Shown here piece by piece: positions 25,311 to 35,600 of a stretch of 64,000 bases of DNA (the first letter of the stretch is position 1; every line of letters begins with the position of its first letter). Position numbers and translations under genes: made by a program. Source of the DNA: Strigamia acuminata (taxonomy: Eukaryota); contig OX442314.1 in assembly GCA_949358305.1 (NCBI GenBank), positions 26,350,001 through 26,414,000 on the forward strand. Reading direction: 5' to 3'. The notes under the pieces were generated by a model that saw nothing but the letters and a program-made list of their open reading frames with translations, had not been told where the DNA came from and made no database searches.

Positions 25311-26968
25311 GATAGTCGATGACCCGTTCCCGGACTTTGACTCGTACGACTCGTATTCGAGATGTATTCGAGATGTATTCGAGATGTATTCGAATCGTAT
25401 TCGAGTCGCATTCGAGATGGTCGATGATTTCCACTCGCTCGTATACGCGTTGTATACGAGCTCGTATTTTGATCGTAATCGTAAACGAATCGTTTACAAG
25501 TCGTATACAAGTTGTATACGACGTGTATACACCTCGTATACGAACGAAGTTTGGAAAATCCACCGGATACTTACTACGACATGAAAACACATAGTAGTCA
25601 CATACGTCTTATTTGGAAATTGTGTTTTCACAAACTTCGTTCGTATACGAGGTGTATACACGTCGTATACAACTTGTATACGACTTGTAAACGATTCGTT
25701 TACGATTACGATCAAAATACGAGCTCGTATACAACGCGTATACGAGCGAGTGGAAATCATCGACCATCTCGAATACGACTCGAATTCGATTCGTATTCGA
25801 TTCGAATTCGATTCGAATACGAATACGATCAAAATACGAACTCGTAACAACTCGAATACGAATCAAAGTCCGGGAAACAAAAATCGACCATCTCGTATAC
25901 GACTCGTATTCGAGATGTATTCGGGATGTATTCGAATCGTATTCGAGTCGCATTCGAGATGGTCGATGATTTCCACTCGCTCGTATACGCGTTGTATACG
26001 AGCTCGTATTTTGATCGTAATCGTAAACGAATCGTTTACAAGTCGTATACAAGTTGTATACGACGTGTATACACCTCGTATACGAACGAAGTTTGGAAAA
26101 TCCACCGGATACTTACTACGACATGAAAACACATAGTAGTCACATACGTCTTATTTGGAAATTGTGTTTTCACAAACTTCGTTCGTATACGAGGTGTATA
26201 CACGTCGTATACAACTTGTATACGACTTGTAAACGATTCGTTTACGATTACGATCAAAATACGAGCTCGTATACAACGCGTATACGAGCGAGTGGAAATC
26301 ATCGACCATCTCGAATACGACTCGAATTCGATTCGTATTCGATTCGAATACGATTCGAATTCGATTCGAATACGAATACGATCAAAATACGAACTCGTAA
26401 CAACTCGAATACGAATCAAAGTCCGGGAAACAAAAATCGACCATCTCGTATACGACTCGTATTCGAGATGTATTCGAGATGTATTCGAATCGTATTCGAG
26501 TCGCATTCGAGATGGTCGATGATTTCCACTCGCTCGTATACGCGTTGTATACGAGCTCGTATTTTGATCGTAATCGTAAACGAATCGTTTACAAGTCGTA
26601 TACAAGTTGTATACGACGTGTATACACCTCGTATACGAACGAAGTTTGGAAAATCCACCGGATACTTACTACGACATGAAAACACATAGTAGTCACATAC
26701 GTCTTATTTGGAAATTGTGTTTTCACAAACTTCGTTCGTATACGAGGTGTATACACGTCGTATACAACTTGTATACGACTTGTAAACGATTCGTTTACGA
26801 TTACGATCAAAATACGAGCTCGTATACAACGCGTATACGAGCGAGTGGAAATCATCGACCATCTCGAATGCGACTCGAATACGATTCGAATACATCTCGA
26901 ATACATCTCGAATACATCTCGAATACGAGTCGTACGAGTCAAAGTCCGGGAACGGGTCATCGACTATC
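25311..26968. repeat. Three tandem long fold-backs, opposite orientation to the first cassette
   Basis: Reverse complement of 8887-10544. Confidence 0.95.
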
Positions 26969-27336
26969 TCGTATTCGACTCGAAAACGAGTCGAATACGA
27001 TTTCGCGTTGAAGAAGGGCAAAACTCGTACTCGACTCGAAAACGAGTCGAATACGATTTCGCGTTGAAGAAGGGCAAAACTCGTATTCGACTCGAAAACG
27101 AGTCGAATACGATTTCGCGTTGAAGAAGGGCAAAACTCGTACTCGACTCGAAAACGAGTCGAATACGATTTCGCGTTGAAGAAGGGAAAAATTCGCATTC
27201 GACTCGAAAGCGAGTCGAATACGATTTCGCGTTGAAGAAGGGCAAAACTCGTATTCGATTCGAAAGCGAATCGAATACAATTTTGCGTTGAAAAAGGACA
27301 AAAATCGTATTCGATTCGCTTTCGAATCGAATACGA
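26969..27336 (-). repeat. 56-bp stem-loop array, 7 units
   Basis: Reverse complement of 8519-8886. Confidence 0.95.
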
Positions 27337-27399
27337 GTTTTGTCCTTTTTCAACGCTTGGGAAAAGGACTCGAATGCGCCTCCACGTTGCAATGCGCAT

Positions 27400-27487
27400 T
27401 TGTGTAAACGATGATGGAATCCCCTGCTTAAATACTGGCTATCGCGTCACGTAACAGCAACGTGCCACGTCACGTAATTGCAACGTG
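27400..27487 (-). promoter_or_regulatory. Putative promoter, fourth copy
   Basis: TTAAATA at 27428-27434 plus reverse-complement motifs. Confidence 0.5.
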
Positions 27488-30473
27488 CCGCGCTATGCCA
27501 CACAATGTGCCGCCGCGATAGGCCATTGAACCCGAATGTGTGTGATGCGAAACGCGCGAGTACGCGCGCGGAGAACGCGCGGCAATGCTAGCAACAGGAG
27601 CGCAACTGCCCAAGAAATTGCTCAACAATAAAAGGCACGTGGAAGCACGTGCCTGAAACAATAGGCACTTCAAATAAAGTTATTGTTAAAAAACGGGCTT
27701 GAAAACCAACAATTACACAATAATTAAGGGGCAAGAAATGAACTTTGCTGCAATGCAAAGTTCTCAAAATACAGAGAAATGAAAGTTACACTTGTATAAA
27801 GAATTGACAATGTTTGAAACCAATAAAAACTACAAAAACACACTTGTAAAAAACCCAAAACAACACCCAGAATGAATTATTTGACTCAAATTAACCCTAA
27901 AACAGTCTTGGAGGTCGTGCAGACGACAGAGTCGGATCGGAAGGTTGCTAAAACCTGACGCCAAAACTAGCAATGGGACAGCTAGTTAGAAAACAGCTTT
28001 TTCATCAATTATGAACGCTGAAAACCTCACCCAGGGGTAGAAAATGATGGAGAGAACGTTTTCGCCATCTAAAACGGTCTAAAACGGGTCTAAAATGCCT
28101 AAACCGGCGCCTGGAACGTGGCGCAGTTGTTGGGTCAAATATTGTCAAAAATCAGTGGAAATTTGTCAAATACTGGCAAAAATCTGCTGAAATTTGTCAA
28201 AAATTGCCAAATTTTGGCGCAAGTTACGTGAGGTTTGCGCGCATCCAACTATGACAAAAAATCCATGCGTGTGCACGCGCGATTTACTGGCGCGTTGGAA
28301 GCGTTAAAATAAATTTTTCCAATATCTAACACAATTTGCACCGAATTATGGCAATTTTTGACAAATTTACATGGATTTTTGCCAGTATTTGACAAATTTC
28401 CACGGATTTTTGACAATATTTGACAAATTCCAGACAAATTTCAGACAAATTTCAATTAATTTTAGAAATTTTATGAGAAATTTCAGCAAATGTTTGAGGA
28501 TTGAGGAAATCTTCTGAAATTTGTCAAATATAGGCAAAAATCTTCTGAAATTTGTCAAATACAGGCAAAAATCTGCTGAAATTTGTCAAAAATTGCCCAA
28601 ATTCCGTGCAAGTTTTGCAAGTTTTGCGCGCATCAAATCGTATGCGCGCCTATACTATTGCACGAGCGCATTGACGCGTGATGAACACCGACCACGTTTA
28701 CGAAGTGAATTCGAGCTACAAAAGTATCGAGTCGCCATTCTATGATGGAAAAAAAAAATTAAGTGTAAACAAACAAAATAAAAACTTTAATATACAAGAA
28801 ACGTACAATTCCACTCAACTTTGTTTCAAATTTTATTTATTGGATCATTGAAAATAAACAGTAGTGTTGTGCACTGTACGCTTAAGTGTATACCGGCGAT
28901 GCGTTGTTTTGTGGTGGGGATTTGCCTCGATAATTGATCTTTTCTCTTTGTTTGCAATATTTTTTTGGCCTTTTTTGTTGATTTTTCGGTTTGAAATTGT
29001 TTTTTTCCGGTGTAATTTAAGTGGTGGAAGGTTGTTGGCGTGTGTTGAGGGTAATTTTGGCGGTTTTTGGGTCGGGATTAGTGTTTTCTGCGATTTTTGA
29101 TCGGTATTTGGGGTTTGATGCAGCGGATAGCGCATGCGAATCGCCGTCGACCGTAGCATTAGCAATTGCAACCTGCCGCGCTATGCCACACAATGTGCCG
29201 CCGCGATAGGCCATCGAATCCGAATGTGTGTGATGCGAAACGCGAGTACGCGCGCGGAGAACGCGCGGCAATGCTAGCAACAGGAGCGCAACTGCCCAAG
29301 AAATTGCTCAACAATAAAAGGCACGTGGAAGCACGTGCCTGAAACAATAGGCACTTCAAATAAAGTTATTGTTAAAAAACGGGCTTGAAAACCAACAATT
29401 ACACAATAATTAAGGGGCAAGAAATGAACTTTGCTGCAATGCAAAGTTCTCAAAATACAGAGAAATGAAAGTTACACTTGTATAAAGAATTGACAATGTT
29501 TGAAACCAATAAAAACTACAAAAACACACTTGTAAAAAACCCAAAACAACCCCCAGAATGAATTATTTGACTCAAATTAACCCTAAAACGGTCTTGGAGG
29601 TCGTGCAGACGACAGAGTCGGATCGGAAGGTTGCTAAAACCTGACGCCAAAACTAGCAATGGGACAGCTAGTTAGAAAACAGCTTTTTCATCAATCATGA
29701 ACGCTGAAAACCTCACCCAGGGGTAGAAAATGATGGAGAGAACGTTTTCGCCATCTAAAACGGTCTAAAACGGGTCTAAAATGCCTAAACCGGCGCCTGG
29801 AACGTGGCGCAGTTGTTGGGTCAAATATTGTCAAAAATCAGTGGAAATTTGTCAAATACTGGCAAAAATCTGCTGAAATTTGTCAAAAATTGCCAAATTT
29901 TGGCGCAAGTTACGTGAGGTTTGCGCGCATCCAACTATGACGAAAAATCCACGCGTGTGCACGCGCGATTTACTGGCGCGTTGGAAGCGTTAAAATAAAT
30001 TTTTCCAATATCTAACACAATTTGCACCGAATTATGGCAATTTTTGACAAATTTACATGGATTTTTGCCAGTATTTGACAAATTTCCACGGATTTTTGAC
30101 AATATTTGACACATTCAAGACAAATTTCAGACAGATTTCAATTAATTTTAGAAAATGTTTGAGAAATATCAGCAAATGTTTGAGGATTGAGGAAATCTGC
30201 TGAAATTTGTCAAATATAGACAAAAATCTGCTGAAATTTGTCAAATATAGACAAAAATCTGCTGAAATTTGTAAAAAATTGCCCAAATTCGGTGCAAGTT
30301 TTGCAAGTTTGCAAACAGCAACAAGAATGATGTATTTAATAATTGTTTTTGCATTAGATATGTGTTTAATTCGTTTTACCTCGGTTTGTACGGTTCTTGC
30401 GCGTAGTGCGCACGTTCAACACGCGGCCACGCGCGTACATCGCGCGTGTTGCGAGCAGGACGCAACAAAAGTT

Positions 30474-31048
30474 TGAGAGACTCGCATTTTACCAAGTCCC
30501 CAACTTATTTTACAGTTTTAGTTTAGCTTACCAACTCGCTTGGTAATTTCTGGATCCTGTTTAAGTGTTTCGTCGGGTTTTGAGCCCATAAACCCGTCTT
30601 TTTCCTTGGTAAGCGATTGCGTCGTCTGCTCAGAGCAACTGGCTTTAAGCGGAGATCGCTTACACGAGTCTGGAATGAGCGCTTATCACCGCATTCGGCT
30701 CCAGTCTTCGTTTCTCGTTGAAAGTTAGCTTGTTGATTCGGGTTTTGGGCGACATTGACTAAAAAGACCTCGGGAATCGTTCCCACCACTCGGTTTAGTC
30801 GTTTTCGAGACCCACAACCTCGAAAACGAAGTTAGAAGTGGCTCAAGGCCACTAGCGTGTCTGGCAGATAGCCATTTTGGTGATTTACGGGCGTCGGGCC
30901 CTTGTTCTTTGTTTCCCGCCTTTGCTCCTTTGTTTTTATTTGGTATTCAAGGTTCCTAAGCCTACAGTAGATTGGGATTAAATTCCCATGAAGATTTATT
31001 AAGTATTCATTGGTAAAAACGAATATTTCCGCCGGCGCGTTTCTCTCA
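30474..31048 (-). mobile_element. Solo-LTR-like segment, third copy
   Basis: Direct copy of 14330-14904 (offset 16144). Confidence 0.45.
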
Positions 31049-32231
31049 TAGGTTTCGGTTCGCTCGAATCTCATTTTTGAGCGACCCAGCGAATGCGCCA
31101 AGTTACAGGCGCCAGCTTAGCAGTTTTAGACTCGTTTTCGACCGTTCTAGTGTCAAAAAACGCGTAGAGCACATTTTGCGACCTTTGGAAGTGCTTTTCC
31201 GACACCTAAGTGGTCGGAAAAGTGCTCTTCTGAGTTAAGACTCCTTTTGGCATTTTAGCGTCAGCATAAGAAATTCCTCAAACTTTTATTGAAATCTCTC
31301 AAAAATTTCTAAAATTAATTGAAATTTGTCTGAAAATTGTCAAATATTGGCAAAAATCTGCAGAAATTTGTCAAATACGCGATCGCATTGCGACAGAAAG
31401 TCGTTTACGACTCCAATACGCACCCGTGCGTGTTTGTATCGCAACACGAAACTCAAACGCGCCACCGCGTTGCAAGACAACCAAATTTACAAACGCAAAC
31501 GCGCATTTGAGACAAAAACGAGTTTATTTTATTCACTCTCGCTTGATCCCCCTTCATCGCGCCTCGTTGCTCCTGTGAAAAAAATATATGAGAATGCACA
31601 GAAATGAACCTTCCAATACTTACATGAAAATTGGCAACCTTGACACAAAACAGTCTATCGACACTCCCAACACCACCCCGGACATTTTTCGGAAGAGTAT
31701 GGTCCACCCGGAATTCCCAGAATAGTCACCCCCAAAATGCGGATTTCGCGGAAGCCAATCCGCGAAAAGGATATACACCACGGCCGTAGATTACAAATAA
31801 CGGAGACTAGTTTAATTGAACACTATTATTAGGCCTTGGTATGGAAGACCAAGGGGAACAGCTTGCTAAGCGGCTCTATGGAGGCGGACGACCATCCATA
31901 CATTGCACTGGGCTCGACTTTCAGCCTTGAAAGGAATGCGTCTGCGTCACAACAAGAGGGAAGAACTGGGAAGTTCTTCACTCTTGTTAGCCTGAGTAAA
32001 ACCGTGGCAATTAAAATAATAAGGAGAATCTGACTTCGTAACAATATTTAAATATAACAGCTTGTAATTAATAGATTGATTGATGAATTAAATATAGGAA
32101 TGAGCGAAACTGACGACAGGTTTATCAAAACATAACAATGTCATTTATTAATGACTAAACTAAGCTTAATGGCGTACTAATAACGATAAGAACACGATAA
32201 TTCTTGCGCTGACAAAGTAAATAGAACATAA

Positions 32232-32494
32232 TGTGGAGTTTTGGGGTTTCGACAGGCGACAACGGTCGCCAGAGGGCGGGCGGACATACGCGAATATGTC
32301 CGATAGACGTTTTGGGGGTAGACAGCCAATTGGGGGCTGTTCCTTGTGGTCAGCCAATCAGGGCTGACCAGTCTCATATTTAAATGTAATAATTTGTAAT
32401 AAAGATCACTTTGAACTTAACAAGCTAGTGTGTGCGTCGCGGACCAGCGGGTCCGCCATTTTGTTTATTTGGAGTCAGCTTTAATAAGTTTACA
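32232..32494 (+). repeat. 5' LTR
   Basis: TGTGGAG...GTTTACA; two CCAAT boxes, TATTTAAA near 32377, AATAAA near 32398. Confidence 0.97.
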
Positions 32495-32506
32495 TCAGAA
32501 GTGGGA
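32495..32506 (+). promoter_or_regulatory. Primer-binding site, tRNA-Leu type
   Basis: TCAGAAGTGGGA directly after the LTR, the motif known from Micropia/mdg3-clade elements. Confidence 0.8.
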
Positions 32507-32683
32507 CAGACGAATTCGATGCGACGATAAAGTAGACGAAAGTAGACGAAAGTAGAAGGCGATTGTTTTCGGCGGCAGAAGCGAAATTCGGGTAGCAAAT
32601 AGCGCGTGGACGGTTCGGGAATCAAGAGACGATTCGCTGGGATAAACACGTGTTACGAGGGTTAGCCGAATTACGAAGAAGAA

Positions 32684-35600
32684 ATGGCCGAGATCAAAGC
32701 AGTCGTAGAGAAGATCGAGCGTGGAGAATTTCCAAGCGGAGTTGAGTGGGAGATGTTAAGAGTAAAAGATCTGAAACCACTATTAGCAGAGCGGAACATT
32801 GCATCGCCGAGGATAAAATGCAAAATGTTGACCGCATTACGAGCAGCTGTAGCTACGGAACTAGGGATCGTAGACGAAGAAGACGACGAAGAAGAAGAAG
32901 AGAAAGACGAAGAGAAAGTAGAAGACAACGATCCGGAGATAGAAGAAAACCCACCGGTACAAGCGATGACGAACGGCGGATTTAGTGCGGATCAAGTACA
33001 AGAGATGATGAAGCAAATGATGGCGACGATGCTAGCGATGCAGACGAAACCAGAGGCGCCAAAAGAGCCGAAGGAAGTGAAAAACGCGCCGAAACTGCCA
33101 CGATTTTCGGGAAACCAGAACGAGTTGCGGACAACGACGCAGTGGTTAGCGGACGTTCACGAATACGCGAAAGAATACAAGTGGACGAACGCAACCAAAG
33201 TAACGACGGCGGCGGCGGCGTTGGATGGTCCGGCGAGGGTATGGCACGAAAATTCCGGAACGACGATACGGAAATTTGACGCGTGGGAGGCCGAGTTGAA
33301 GAAGAATTTTCCGGATCAACGACTAACATACGACGAGAAAGAAAGGTTGATTCGGGCACCGCAGAAGAACGACGAGACGGCCGAAACCTATTTACGACGG
33401 AAATGGGCCACGTGCGAAAAGTTGGGAATGACGATCGGGGACGCACAGGAATATTTGTTAGACGGGCTAAAACTCAAGACCGCCACGGCGCCAATGTATT
33501 TTCTCCAGTACCAACATATCACCGAAATCGTCCGAACGATGCGAAGCGTGGAAGCGCGGACCAAAGTCGCGATCGTCGAAACAAAAGTGAAGACATCTAC
33601 AGCGAAGCCAACCGGGAACGCGATGATCAAGTGTTACAAATGCGGCGAGAAGGGGCACCGAAAGGAGGACTGTCCAAACGAGTTGAAGTGTTTTAAATGT
33701 CACGAGTCAGGGCATTTATCGAACGCGTGCCCAAACGGGACAAAATGTTTTAATTGTAGCGGATTTGGGCACATGGCGAACACGTGCCCAGAGCCAAAGA
33801 AAGAGCGGAAGCAGCCATCGAAGGACAAGTTGGACGTTAAGACGAAGAAGATTTACAAGATCGAAGCCGAGGAGATGCAGCCAGAATTCGAGACCATGAT
33901 GTGGGTCGATGGAAAGAAATGCAGCGCGGGAATCGATACGCAAAGCGCCGTGTGTCTAATTAGTAAGACGTTTGCGAAACGTACGAAAATCGAGGAGCCG
34001 GACTACGAATTCGTGATCGAGGGATTTAATCAAGACGCAAGTCGCTACCGCGGGCGAACGAGATGTGATGTAGAAAGCGCAAACGTGAAATTGGCGGATG
34101 TCGAGTTCTACGTGGTCGACGACGCCAGGATGCCGACGGAAGTCTGGATAGGGAAGCCATTCTTGAAACACCCAACGATCACGATGCAGTCCGATGGAGG
34201 ATACGTAACGTTCAGACCGAGGGAAGGGATGCAAGACGAAGCAGGAATTACCAGAATCAAGCCGAAAATCACTGCAGCAAAGCCGCGAGCGCTCGTGATC
34301 GACGAGAACAAAGTGGTGCCAGCCCACTCGATAAGTTTGGTGACGGTACGAGCGAAGAATCAATCAGACGGGTTGTTTTACGTAGAAAACGAACGCGCGG
34401 TGACGGATCGATTAGAAGTACCGGAAGGCTTGATCGAAGTAAAGAACGAGCGGGCAATAATGCCAATAATCAACGATGGACCGGAAGAAGTACGAGTCAC
34501 ACGAGGTCGAAAGCTTGGACACGTTGAAATCACCGAAGAAGAACCGTCGTTGCACCAAGTACAAGTCAAGAAAGTCGCGACGACCGAGGCGAGTCCGAGG
34601 ATGCGAATAACGGCCGACGAAATTAATTTGGGCAAATCGGTGACGCCAGAAGAGACGGAAATTGTGCTGACGATGATCAACGACGAATTTCGAGACTGCT
34701 TCGCTACGAGTTTGGAGGAGGTCGGATGTTTCCCAGATCTCAAGATGGAAATCGAAGTTACAACGACAAGGCCAACGAATTTGCGGCGATACCAGTATTC
34801 GGCGGCGCAACAGAAAGAAATCGACAAAATGGTCGCCGAGTTGGAAGGAGCAGGATTCGTGACGCGATCAAAGAGTCCATTCAACAGTCCGATCGTGATG
34901 GTGCGCAAGAAAACTGGCGAATGGAGAATTTGTATTGATTTCAGGTCGCTCAACGAAATAACGGTGAAGGAACACTTTCCGTGCCCCAGGATGGATGAGT
35001 TACTCGACGGGACGCACGAATGGCGAGTCTTCCTAGTGTTCGATTTGGCGTCGGGTTACTACCAGATCGAATTAACGGCCGGAGCGCAAGAGAAGACAGC
35101 ATTTTCGACAATGAACGGCAAATACCAGTTTGTACGGATGCCGTTTGGGTTGATAAACGCGCCGTTTGTTTTCAATCGAGTGATGGAGTTGGCGTTCGGA
35201 CATTTGCCATACGAAGTACTGCGCAGATATATGGACGATCTTCTATCGGGTGCGAAAACGAACGCGGAGTTAATCGAGAAGATGCGAAAGATCTTAATCG
35301 AGGTGAGAAGATCGAAGCTCACGTTGAAGTTGAGCAAGTGCCACTTCCTCTGCGAAGAAGTACAGTTTCTCGGGCTACGACTGACGAAAGACGGCCTGCG
35401 ACCAGGATTCGAGAAGACAAGCGCGATCAAGAATTTTGCGAAGCCAAAAGACGTACGAGGCGTAAGGAGCTTTTTGGGATTGTGTGGGTATTTCCGACGA
35501 TTCATCGCAGGATATGCGACAAAAACGAGAGCGCTGACGAAATTAACTCGCAAGAACGAAACGTTTGTGTGGACGACTGAGTGTGAAGCGGCGTTTCAGG

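Larger units (their letters stand above)
21895..31774. repeat. Second copy of the palindrome core: inverted repeat of ~4081-13960, itself palindromic about ~25999
   Basis: ORF pairs sum to 35855 against the first copy (8456..9151+ / 26704..27399-) and to 51999 internally. Similarity ends abruptly at 31774 (GGATAT|ACACCA versus GGATAT|GTTTTT at 15630). Confidence 0.96.

Noticed and set aside
95..31707. The many short ORFs in the repeat block as genes
   Set aside because: They are mirrored translations of repeats, mostly with non-ATG starts and no recognisable domains.
1..31774. rDNA, histone or snRNA tandem cluster
   Set aside because: No rRNA, tRNA, histone or snRNA sequence was recognised in the units or spacer.
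1..31774. Polinton, Helitron or integrated virus with hairpin termini
   Set aside because: No polymerase, Rep/helicase, integrase or capsid ORF lies in the block.
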